20,000 bases of DNA from an uncultured virus (IMG/VR IMGVR_UViG_3300042564_004671) (IMGVR_UViG_3300042564_004671); one strand, 5' to 3'; positions 8,309-16,771 are shown, counted from the stretch's first letter. Notes: a model not told the origin generated them from the sequence alone. Program-made: numbers and translations.

Positions 8309-8340
8309 TTTAAATAGTTTATAAAAATACCTAATGGAAA

Positions 8341-8727
8341 ATGAAAAAATTTACTAAAATATTAGAAGAGGTAGAAAGTGAAAGATTCTACAAAGTAACA
8401 GCACAAGTTGAATTAATTATACCTGCTGAGAATGAAGGAGAAGCTGGATATATGTCAGACTCTATATTAGCATCTATTGAATACGGTTCTAACTATACAA
8501 TTGATTTAATCGATGAGACAGATGAAAGAGTAGTAACAGAATCAAAGTCGGAGATAAAATCAGAAGTAAAAGGTAATGATTATCAAATGGTTTCTGGTAT
8601 TATAGATATCCTCAATAAAGTAAAAGATAAAGAAAATAGAATGGAAATAGCAAAAGATATGATTTCTCAATTTAAAAGAGAAGATATAAAATTTGATTAT
8701 GATAAGTTTTTAGATTCAATAAAATAA
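8341..8727 (+). CDS. hypothetical protein with capsid-targeting-like leader
   Basis: 128-aa ORF starting MKKFTKILEE. Confidence 0.7.
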   Translation: MKKFTKILEEVESERFYKVTAQVELIIPAENEGEAGYMSDSILASIEYGSNYTIDLIDETDERVVTESKSEIKSEVKGNDYQMVSGIIDILNKVKDKENRMEIAKDMISQFKREDIKFDYDKFLDSIK

Positions 8728-8733
8728 TATATA
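8725..8733 (+). promoter_or_regulatory. TAATATATA putative late promoter
   Basis: Exact motif overlapping the upstream TAA stop, 23 nt before ATG 8757. Confidence 0.6.
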
Positions 8734-8756
8734 CTACATAAAAATAAAATATTAAA

Positions 8757-9323
8757 ATGAAAAGATTTTCAGATATTAAAAAAGTAAAAGTTAAAAAAAT
8801 CAACGAAGCCGAAGGTGAATCAAATTTACCTTCAAACTACGAAGATATGTCAAAAGAAGAACTTTTAGCTCTTATGTCAGGTAAAAAAGAACAACCTGAA
8901 CCAGAAAAGAAAGAAGAAGAAAAGAAAGAAGTATCTAACGAAGGTGGTGATGTTTCTAAATTCATCTCTAAATTGTTAGAAAGTAGAGAGATGGCTCAAG
9001 TTTATCACTGGACGGTTAAAGGTGATATGGGTTCACACGCAGCTCACTTAGCATTAGAAGCTTACTACAGTGGTGTTATTGAATTTATTGATGATATCGT
9101 TGAGGTTTATCAAGGTCAATATGGTTTAATTGAAGGATATGATCAAATTGCTACAGATGAAACAAGATCTAAAGATAAATTGGATTACTTCAAAGAAGTT
9201 GTTGAATTTGTTAAATCAGAAAGAAGTTGCATTAAAGTAGAAGATACACACTTACATACTATAATAGATGAGGTTGTAGTTCTTATTTACAAAACAATCT
9301 ACAAATTAACTTACAATAAATAA
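8757..9323 (+). CDS. ferritin/Dps-like four-helix protein (DUF5856-like) with N-terminal extension
   Basis: AQVYHWTVKG...SHAAHLALEAYY...FIDDIVEVYQGQYG...IIDEV is a Dps-like H-W...H...D-x-x-x-E pattern. About 65-aa charged N-terminal extension. Confidence 0.75.
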   Translation: MKRFSDIKKVKVKKINEAEGESNLPSNYEDMSKEELLALMSGKKEQPEPEKKEEEKKEVSNEGGDVSKFISKLLESREMAQVYHWTVKGDMGSHAAHLALEAYYSGVIEFIDDIVEVYQGQYGLIEGYDQIATDETRSKDKLDYFKEVVEFVKSERSCIKVEDTHLHTIIDEVVVLIYKTIYKLTYNK

Positions 9324-9324
9324 A

Positions 9325-9873
9325 ATGAAACACATTAAAAAACATCCTATTAATGATAAAGCTCAGAAGCTTTCAAAGGATATAAAAAAACAAGATCATA
9401 GTAAACCAGCATCAAAAAAGAAATTAGACGCTGATAAATCTTTAAGTGATCCTGAGGTTTCAATGAAGGTAACTAAACCATCAAATAAAAAATTAAATGG
9501 TGAAAAGTTTTTATCTAACCCTACAATCAATACTAAAAAGCCTAATAAACCTTCTAATAAAAATTTAGATGGTGAGAAGTTCTTAGCAGAAGGACTTAAT
9601 CATTTAAAAAGATTCAATGAAGAATTCGATTCAAGTGGATATCAATCACACTGGACTAAATTTGCTCAATGGTTATGGGAAAAAGACTTTGAATTATATG
9701 GTGGTGGAGAAGACCTTCACAATAAATTTATGGAAGTATCTAATGATGATAACTTATCATCAGAAGATAAAGCTAGTCAAATTACAAATTATTTAGATGA
9801 AAAATGGGGAGTCTATGATGGATATATGTCAGTATATAATTATTTAGAATCTTTATTCATGGATGAAATTTAA
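9325..9873 (+). CDS. hypothetical protein with basic repeat N-half and acidic C-half
   Basis: 182-aa ORF; three 24-aa-period repeats, then internal HLKRFNEE. Confidence 0.7.
   Translation: MKHIKKHPINDKAQKLSKDIKKQDHSKPASKKKLDADKSLSDPEVSMKVTKPSNKKLNGEKFLSNPTINTKKPNKPSNKNLDGEKFLAEGLNHLKRFNEEFDSSGYQSHWTKFAQWLWEKDFELYGGGEDLHNKFMEVSNDDNLSSEDKASQITNYLDEKWGVYDGYMSVYNYLESLFMDEI
9403..9585 (+). repeat. three degenerate 72-nt (24-aa) repeats
   Basis: KPASKKKLDADKSLSDP / KPSNKKLNGEKFLSNP / KPSNKNLDGEKFLA starting at 9403, 9475 and 9547. Confidence 0.8.
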
Positions 9874-9875
9874 CT

Positions 9876-9904
9876 AAAATCCCACTTAATAAGTGGGATT
9901 TTTT
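9876..9904. terminator. bidirectional intrinsic terminator
   Basis: AAAATCCCACTT-aat-AAGTGGGATTTTTT between convergent genes. Confidence 0.85.
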
Positions 9905-10143
9905 ATTTCTATAGTTCCGTAAAAGTTATTATTTATAATCTTTTTAGAGTATCTACTCATAATTGATTTACTTGGTGAGAATTCATCTTTAACATCTAAA
10001 CCTAAACCAAATATCTTATTAATCTTTCTTTTTCTACTTACATTCTTAGAAGTATATCCAGATATAACAGAAGTGGTTGTCAATGGAATATAAGGAGCAA
10101 AAACATAACCTTGTTCTAAATTACTTTTCTTTCCTATTATCAT
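9886..10143 (-). CDS. 85-aa protein resembling the C-terminal segment of a gp23-like major capsid protein
   Basis: GYVFAPYIPL and FSPSKSIMSRYSKKIINNNFYGTI match the gp23-family G-x-x-Y-A-P-Y-x-P-L ... F-x-P-x-x-G-x-x-T-R-Y pattern. Confidence 0.65.
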   Translation of the reverse strand: MIIGKKSNLEQGYVFAPYIPLTTTSVISGYTSKNVSRKRKINKIFGLGLDVKDEFSPSKSIMSRYSKKIINNNFYGTIEIKNPTY

Positions 10144-10279
10144 TGAATATTTTTTTAATTTTTTCTTTTCTTTTATCTTTTCTAAGAAAAGAACTTAAAA
10201 AGTTCATAGAAGAATAGTCATGTAATCTACTTCCAGGTCCACCTAGTACAACATTCCACTCATCTCTCGCTTTTATCAT
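10121..10279 (-). CDS. microprotein, 52 aa (not in ORF track)
   Basis: MIKARDEWNVVLGGPGSRLHDYSSMNFLSSFLRKDKRKEKIKKIFNDNRKEK; overlaps both neighbours and fills an apparent gap. Confidence 0.6.
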   Translation of the reverse strand: MIKARDEWNVVLGGPGSRLHDYSSMNFLSSFLRKDKRKEKIKKIFNDNRKEK

Positions 10280-10394
10280 ATAATCTTTTGATTTTATTTT
10301 TTCTCTTTTCAGATCTTTCTTTTTTAGACCATCTGAAAATTGAATCTGTTATAGACTCTTGAAACTCTTTTGATTGATTTTCCCAAATTGACAT
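10260..10394 (-). CDS. microprotein, 44 aa (not in ORF track)
   Basis: MSIWENQSKEFQESITDSIFRWSKKERSEKRKNKIKRLYDKSER; starts 22 nt after the stop of 10417..10734. Confidence 0.6.
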   Translation of the reverse strand: MSIWENQSKEFQESITDSIFRWSKKERSEKRKNKIKRLYDKSER

Positions 10395-10416
10395 AAATAT
10401 TATACAATAAAATTAA

Positions 10417-10734
10417 CTACTTGTTTTCTGTGTACATATACTTTCTACCAGTATCATTATAATCCATTAGATTATTAACAACGGTATCAATCTTATCTTT
10501 AGAATCATCAACATCTTTTTTGATAACTTGAAGCGCAGCAATTGAATCATCTATCTGATCATTTCCTTTTTTAGAATCACTTTTGAAATTATTTAATTCA
10601 TTTAGTAATGATTCTACTGATTTTGATTTATCATCCATGATAGAAGCAAAGTCTTTTAACTCCTCAATAATTTCTGCTACTCTTTCTGATGAAATATCTA
10701 CTTGTTCATCTTCATTGAATCTTCTAATTTTCAT
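10417..10734 (-). CDS. coiled-coil protein with capsid-targeting-like leader
   Basis: MKIRRFNE followed by heptad-like amphipathic helices. Confidence 0.7.
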   Translation of the reverse strand: MKIRRFNEDEQVDISSERVAEIIEELKDFASIMDDKSKSVESLLNELNNFKSDSKKGNDQIDDSIAALQVIKKDVDDSKDKIDTVVNNLMDYNDTGRKYMYTENK

Positions 10735-10751
10735 ATTAATAGTTTAATATT

Positions 10752-10767
10752 TTAATATATATATTAA
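10752..10767. promoter_or_regulatory. palindromic bidirectional late promoter
   Basis: TTAATATATATATTAA contains TAATATATA on + (10753-10761) and on - (10758-10766) between divergent genes. Confidence 0.7.
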
Positions 10768-10769
10768 TT

Positions 10770-11453
10770 ATGAAACGTAAGAATAAGCTTATATTAGAAT
10801 TCACAGAATTTAACATGCAAAGAATGAACCCTGATTCAGCGGCTCAAACAGTTGGAGGTGTAGATGATCCGTCATTATCAACAAATGCCTTTGATAAACA
10901 CTCAGACGCTATTAGACAAGCGATGGGTAGAATTAATGACATCCTTTATAATCTTAGTGGTACAAGTGCTTATAAAAATCTTAGAAGTAGATTAGCATTA
11001 GAACATCAAGATATTCAAAGTATTAAAATTCTAAGAATTGTTAAGAATGAAATTTACTATGATGCTTATATCACGTTCAAAATTGATGATTATGAATACT
11101 GGGGAGTTATTGAAAATGTAATGAACGCAAATCCAGAATTAACATCAGAAGTATTCAAAGATTATGACCTTTATCAAAGTAAAGAATGGGTTATTAAAAT
11201 AAAAGGATTAGTAGTTAAGACTATTAAAACTTGGTTAAAACCAGAGCCAGGAATATACAGATTATTAAATGATGAAATCATTTGTTACTCTACTGAAACC
11301 GGCAAACAACTTAAAATGGATAAAGGAATCGAAATCGAGTTAATAAGATCACATAGTGATAAAATTATCATTAAACACGAATCAGATTATTACAACTTAG
11401 TTGGTGATAATTATGTTTACTTTAACTGGTGGTTTGAGAAAATTGAAGATTAA
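10770..11453 (+). CDS. hypothetical protein (227 aa)
   Basis: Long ORF behind a late motif; N-terminus MKRKNKLILEFTEFN. Confidence 0.7.
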   Translation: MKRKNKLILEFTEFNMQRMNPDSAAQTVGGVDDPSLSTNAFDKHSDAIRQAMGRINDILYNLSGTSAYKNLRSRLALEHQDIQSIKILRIVKNEIYYDAYITFKIDDYEYWGVIENVMNANPELTSEVFKDYDLYQSKEWVIKIKGLVVKTIKTWLKPEPGIYRLLNDEIICYSTETGKQLKMDKGIEIELIRSHSDKIIIKHESDYYNLVGDNYVYFNWWFEKIED

Positions 11454-13552
11454 ATATCTTTTGGTTTCTTCAATGGTTCAACAATAACTCTACCATTATC
11501 ATCAGTCCATTCCGTATCATACATATGTTTATCATGTCTTTCTCCGATTACCATCCAACTAATCTCATCAGAAGAAGTATTTGACTCGGATATTATCTCA
11601 AGTATATTTCCAGTAACTTTTCCTTTAACAGGTGTCCATCCTGTTTCATTTGTTGTAAAACATTGAACATCTCTATTTAATAAAACAAAAGTGCCTTCAG
11701 TCATATTTGAAGATTCATCTAAATTAATTTCAGATTTACCATTAACTAAGGATACTTTTCCTCTATAGATCAAATCAGCTTTAGGACCTTCAATGAAGGA
11801 GTGTACTAATTCATATTTATCTTTCATAGATTCAATTGGATGATCAATTCTAAAAGATCCACTACCCTTACTTAAACTACCAGTAACAGATGCATTTGAA
11901 CTAATGAAGAAATTTTGTTGACCTGTCCAATCTATTGAACATAACGCATTTGAAGAAATAACCGTATAACCATTACCAAGAGATAAGTCATATTTGTTTA
12001 TAGTCAATGTGGCGTTATTTAATGGTGAGTGTATGATAATATCAGTAGCACCTCCTTGTTTTATCTCCAATTTTTTAGTACCACTTGTGCTAAAAGCAAT
12101 AACATTAGCACTTGGCATATACATACCACTTTGAGTATATCCATACCATGTGTAATCAGGAGCCGCTGCCGTTGAAAAAGAAGTACTGACAGCACCTACC
12201 TGTATATAAGGAGATTTAGTTGTAGTACCTGTACCTAAACTAGTAGCTGTTGTAAATACAACACCACCATTTCCAGCATTTGTTCCTTTAATATGCATTC
12301 TAGGTGTTCCATTTGTAGTAAATGCTATTTGATTAGTAGTAGGTCTATAAATACCAGTATCAATATCACCAGTAAATGTAATAGATGGAGCTGTTGGAGT
12401 ACCATTACTATACCTTATTGGTGAAGTACTAAGAGAATATGTAGCATACAATCTAAATGGAACAGATCCACTTACTGAAAATCCAATAAATGGAGCTGTG
12501 TAAACTATTGGAGAAGTACCCGGAATTGCTGTATCAACACCAGCTCCAAATATACCAGAATCATTACCAAAAGCAATAGGTGGATTATCAGGTCCATTAA
12601 GTTCAGCACTACCAAACATAAGACCTGTAAGGTAATAGGTAGGTAATAACATTTGAGCAGTAACTGAATTAAATGCGAACCCAGTCCCTCTAGAATTATT
12701 GTAATAAGTACTAACACTAGCACCATTCACATTAGAAGCCGTAGATGAAAACATCATATATTTTAATCCACTCGAAGAAGGTGAGACTTGTGAATTATAA
12801 ACAGTAACGGTGGAAGCTGTTTTAGATCTATCAGAAATTATATTAGTAATCTGACTACCATCTCCTTTAAAGAAACCACTTGTTTTTATATTTCCAGTAA
12901 CATCTAAAATCTCTGCAGGTAAAACAGTAGAGCTCCAATTTGAACCAATACCAACTTTATTATTATTTGAAAGATAAATGGTTTGAACAGGAGCTCCTGA
13001 ACCACCTGGTCTATTTGATATAGATAAATCTCCTTGGTCATTACCAAAGCTAATCAATGAAGAACCCTTAGATGAGTTAAAATAACCATTACCACCGACA
13101 AAACCAGTATAATACCAATTAGAACCAATAATGGTTGTTCCACCTTTATGTATAACCAATGGAGGTGCTTGACCCGCAACATAATTAGGATCTTCAGCAA
13201 GACTCATTCCACCAAACTGCATATAGGTATTATTACCAGTTGGATTATTAGTACCAACACCAATTCTTTTTTCAGTACCTGTGCTAACCTGGAAAACTCC
13301 ACTATTTCCTATATAATTTTGAGATGTAAATAAAGGAACATATCCAGCTACCCCATTAACTTGGTCAGTTATTTCGGCACTGAAGGTAGTGCCATTATAA
13401 TAGTATGATCTATTATCAGATGTATCAAAAACTCTTAGACCAGTATATTTATATGGTATTGAATTTCTAGCAGCAGCACCAGATGCGACTATTCTATTAT
13501 CCAATGGAGTTGAATTATTTACGGTGAATCCTGTTATTATTTGTATTGACAT
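11450..13552 (-). CDS. tail fibre / receptor-binding-like virion protein (700 aa)
   Basis: G/S/T/N-rich; IGVGTNNP and VGIG..LDVTGNIK shaft motifs; GTPTAPSITFTGDIDTGIYRP-type repeats; C-terminal SFRIDHP...HSFIEGP...YRG...WMVIGER domain typical of fibre ends. Confidence 0.8.
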   Translation of the reverse strand: MSIQIITGFTVNNSTPLDNRIVASGAAARNSIPYKYTGLRVFDTSDNRSYYYNGTTFSAEITDQVNGVAGYVPLFTSQNYIGNSGVFQVSTGTEKRIGVGTNNPTGNNTYMQFGGMSLAEDPNYVAGQAPPLVIHKGGTTIIGSNWYYTGFVGGNGYFNSSKGSSLISFGNDQGDLSISNRPGGSGAPVQTIYLSNNNKVGIGSNWSSTVLPAEILDVTGNIKTSGFFKGDGSQITNIISDRSKTASTVTVYNSQVSPSSSGLKYMMFSSTASNVNGASVSTYYNNSRGTGFAFNSVTAQMLLPTYYLTGLMFGSAELNGPDNPPIAFGNDSGIFGAGVDTAIPGTSPIVYTAPFIGFSVSGSVPFRLYATYSLSTSPIRYSNGTPTAPSITFTGDIDTGIYRPTTNQIAFTTNGTPRMHIKGTNAGNGGVVFTTATSLGTGTTTKSPYIQVGAVSTSFSTAAAPDYTWYGYTQSGMYMPSANVIAFSTSGTKKLEIKQGGATDIIIHSPLNNATLTINKYDLSLGNGYTVISSNALCSIDWTGQQNFFISSNASVTGSLSKGSGSFRIDHPIESMKDKYELVHSFIEGPKADLIYRGKVSLVNGKSEINLDESSNMTEGTFVLLNRDVQCFTTNETGWTPVKGKVTGNILEIISESNTSSDEISWMVIGERHDKHMYDTEWTDDNGRVIVEPLKKPKDI

Positions 13553-13556
13553 ATCA

Positions 13557-13565
13557 TATATATAA
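13557..13565 (-). promoter_or_regulatory. late promoter variant TTATATATA
   Basis: One mismatch to consensus, 4 nt before ATG 13552. Confidence 0.45.
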
Positions 13566-13570
13566 ATTTT

Positions 13571-15091
13571 TTAATACTTGAATTGATAATTTACAGAAGG
13601 TGGACCAACTTGTGGTATACCCGTCCATTTGTAAACTTTGAATTGTTTTGAAGCCCAAAGACCACTTGGTGATGATAGTATTGTTAAAGTCGGTATTGAA
13701 AAAGAGTTTCCAATAATTACTGAAATATTATCAATAACCTCATCTAAATCTGGATAAGTACTATCATAAATAAAATATAAATTACCACTACCAGTTATAT
13801 CAATTGTCTTATCTCCTAAAGGTTCAACTAATTTAGTAAGACCAGAAAGACCAGCTGTATTCATAGCAGAAAGGGCACTAAATCCATAAAAATATGGATA
13901 TATTCCACTAATACTAGCAGTTGATGTATTTGATTGAGTTCCATCTCCAACGGTAGCAGCAAAGTAAGTAGTTGTATTAGAAACTGGTGATATAACTATA
14001 CCAGATGCTGTTCCAGATACGACAGTTGTTCCAGCAGTTGATATAGGAGGATATGAACTTGGAACCATATTTGACAAAGATGTTATGTTTGTTGGATAAG
14101 TTCTTTTTGTTATTGTATAATTTAATTTAATCAATGGTGAAGTACCAACTTCAACATATCCTGAAGAATATGGAGGTAAAACAGATACCGAACATGTTGG
14201 AGGTAAGTAGGAATAAACTATTCTTCTTAACATCTCAGACATCTCAACTAAACTAAAAGTCTCTCCCATCTGTATATCACCAATAGAAACTAAACAAGGT
14301 CTACTATCTGTAAATTCAATTGGATATCCATTAACATTAATAGGACCACCATTTATATTTATAGGTGAACCAGTTACACCAATACTACTCATACTAGGTA
14401 ATGTTATGTTATCCCAAACATAGTTACCATTATTCCAAACCAATATTCTCCCATCAGAGGCTCCTGTCAAACCAGGAGTTAGATTAGCCGAGTCCGATAT
14501 AGTTGGAAAAACTATATTATTAACAGAAACTGAACCATAATCACTAGTCAAATTTATATTACCACCCGTATTACTTGGATTAACTATATCAAATGATAAT
14601 GAACTTGTAGATGCTATAGTCTGTACTTGTAAATAAGGAGCGACACTATATAAAGAAGATTTTGTTCCTGATAAAATAGAAACTCTTGTCCTTCCGTTGG
14701 AAATAGTATCTCTTTTAGTATTGAATAAAAATATATCAACATCGCTATTCAACAAAGATGTTGACATTATATCTTGATAAGGTGAATATGATGAATATGT
14801 TCCTGAAAAAGATCTTTTACCAAAGTAAATTTTATTTTTCAAATCACCATCTAATGGATCAGATGTATCAATTCCTATGTAAGAATCATTTGAAACTTTT
14901 GTTTGAGTAAATATAGAATTAGCAGCAGTTGTTAAAAAAACATCTCTTAAATCCTTAGGATTAATTTGTTTACTAGTATTATCCTCTAAAACCGTTAAAA
15001 CCTGACTTAAATCAACGCCAGTGGCTCCAATTAAATCATAAGTGGTTGCTTCTGTTGATAGTCCTATATTTACACTAAATGTTGCTGCCAT
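13571..15091 (-). CDS. putative virion structural protein, paralogue A
   Basis: S/T/G-rich beta-type composition; DNTSKQINPKDLRDVF motif; paralogous to 15094..16752. Confidence 0.7.
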   Translation of the reverse strand: MAATFSVNIGLSTEATTYDLIGATGVDLSQVLTVLEDNTSKQINPKDLRDVFLTTAANSIFTQTKVSNDSYIGIDTSDPLDGDLKNKIYFGKRSFSGTYSSYSPYQDIMSTSLLNSDVDIFLFNTKRDTISNGRTRVSILSGTKSSLYSVAPYLQVQTIASTSSLSFDIVNPSNTGGNINLTSDYGSVSVNNIVFPTISDSANLTPGLTGASDGRILVWNNGNYVWDNITLPSMSSIGVTGSPININGGPINVNGYPIEFTDSRPCLVSIGDIQMGETFSLVEMSEMLRRIVYSYLPPTCSVSVLPPYSSGYVEVGTSPLIKLNYTITKRTYPTNITSLSNMVPSSYPPISTAGTTVVSGTASGIVISPVSNTTTYFAATVGDGTQSNTSTASISGIYPYFYGFSALSAMNTAGLSGLTKLVEPLGDKTIDITGSGNLYFIYDSTYPDLDEVIDNISVIIGNSFSIPTLTILSSPSGLWASKQFKVYKWTGIPQVGPPSVNYQFKY

Positions 15092-15093
15092 AA

Positions 15094-16752
15094 TTAAAAA
15101 ATAAATTCAAATTCACCACTACCACTATAACTACAAGTTCCTATTGTTCTATAAACTCTGTAATTACCATAATTGATTTCAGTTCCTGAAAGTGCCGGTG
15201 TTACTGAACCAGAATAAGTAAATGAACTAGTCAATGGATAAGCTGCATCATATACAATATAACCGTTAGGATCTTTTATCATTGATAACTCACCATAATT
15301 ATAATCTATTGAGTAAGGAACTAAAAAGTACAAATACCCTGATCCACTACAATTAAATGATACTGATTGAGAGTTTCCAGGATATGGTGTAATATGTTTA
15401 TTAGATATATTCATAATAAGTCTAGTTCTACTACCATTTATAAAGAATGTCGAAGATCCGGTATTGATAGTACTATTGAATATTGTAAAAAATGGACTTA
15501 AAAATGTCAAAGAAGCCGTAGCAAAATGATTGATTAATGTATAACCCAGTGAGTCTAATGAATCAGATGCTTGTATTGCATAATCATTTGTTACAGGTGT
15601 AGAAACATAATCTCTTTTAACACTGTAAGTAAAAGTAACAATAGTTTGATCACCTGGTAGGGCACTTGAGAAAGACAAACCAGAGTATGTACCAACAGCA
15701 CCAACGGTATAAGGTGATGTATTAGATGGACCATATATCTGATAAGTATCAATATTTTCGGAATACTTTGTTACTGAGTATGTAAAACTAATAGATGATG
15801 TAACTCCTATCTCAGCATAATTATCACCAGTAGCTAAATTAGACAATTGTATTGTAAGACCTGGAGGAGAATATGGATATAAAAGTTTTCTTATAACCTC
15901 AACCATTGGCCAGTTTTGATAGTTACCAGTTACCAATGTAGCATCATATCCAAAAGAAGGAAATGAACTTCCAGCTTGAATACCACCAATGGTTTGAGTA
16001 GTCAATGTAGGATCGACAAATTCTAATGAATAACCATTAACATTACTTGGACTACCATAAATATTAGTAGGAGTCCCAGGAACTCCAATACTTGAAATCG
16101 ATATTGTTGGATCATCCCATCTTAAAGAACCATTCGGCCAAGTTCCTGAATACTTTAATATTCTACCATTTGAAGCAGACGCTGATGTTTCAGCAGCTGT
16201 TGGAAAAACTATACCATTTATAGCAACTCTACCAGTATTACTATAAATATTTATTGGACCACTATAAATAGATGGATTAACGATATCTAAATTTATAGCA
16301 GTTCCTGTTGAATTAGATTCGGCTTGTATATAAGGAGCACTCGTATATAAACTTGAATTAGTTCCAGCTAAAATAGCAATTCTTGTTTGACTTTGAGTTA
16401 CTGTATCTGGTTTTGTGTTAAAGAAATAAATATCAGTAGGGTTTGTATAAGAAAGTAAAGCATTATTCATTATATCAACGCCTGTATAATTTCTTTTACC
16501 AATAAATATCTTTTGTTTTATATCTCTATTTTCTGGATTACCAGAGTCAATACCAATATACTCTAAAGAAGACAAACCTATAGTTTGTTTAAAAGCAGCA
16601 TTTGCCCAAGTTGATAAAAAGGCATCTCTAACATCTTTTGGTGATATTAATTTTTGTGTATTATCAGGTATATCCAATAAGACACTATTAATGTCTTGCT
16701 TTCTAAGGGCTTCAGTTGGCAATCCAACACTTATACTATATGTAGCTGGCAT
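15094..16752 (-). CDS. putative virion structural protein, paralogue B
   Basis: DNTQKLISPKDVRDAF, KIFIGKR, DIYFFNTK, TRIAILAGT and GSGYLYF blocks shared with 13571..15091. Confidence 0.7.
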   Translation of the reverse strand: MPATYSISVGLPTEALRKQDINSVLLDIPDNTQKLISPKDVRDAFLSTWANAAFKQTIGLSSLEYIGIDSGNPENRDIKQKIFIGKRNYTGVDIMNNALLSYTNPTDIYFFNTKPDTVTQSQTRIAILAGTNSSLYTSAPYIQAESNSTGTAINLDIVNPSIYSGPINIYSNTGRVAINGIVFPTAAETSASASNGRILKYSGTWPNGSLRWDDPTISISSIGVPGTPTNIYGSPSNVNGYSLEFVDPTLTTQTIGGIQAGSSFPSFGYDATLVTGNYQNWPMVEVIRKLLYPYSPPGLTIQLSNLATGDNYAEIGVTSSISFTYSVTKYSENIDTYQIYGPSNTSPYTVGAVGTYSGLSFSSALPGDQTIVTFTYSVKRDYVSTPVTNDYAIQASDSLDSLGYTLINHFATASLTFLSPFFTIFNSTINTGSSTFFINGSRTRLIMNISNKHITPYPGNSQSVSFNCSGSGYLYFLVPYSIDYNYGELSMIKDPNGYIVYDAAYPLTSSFTYSGSVTPALSGTEINYGNYRVYRTIGTCSYSGSGEFEFIF

Positions 16753-16771
16753 TAGTCTTAATCTTTTTTTG

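Noticed and set aside
12505..13333. ORFs 12505..12726 (-) and 13148..13333 (+)
   Set aside because: Nested in the tail fibre gene; the Leu/Val-rich translation is typical of an alternative frame.
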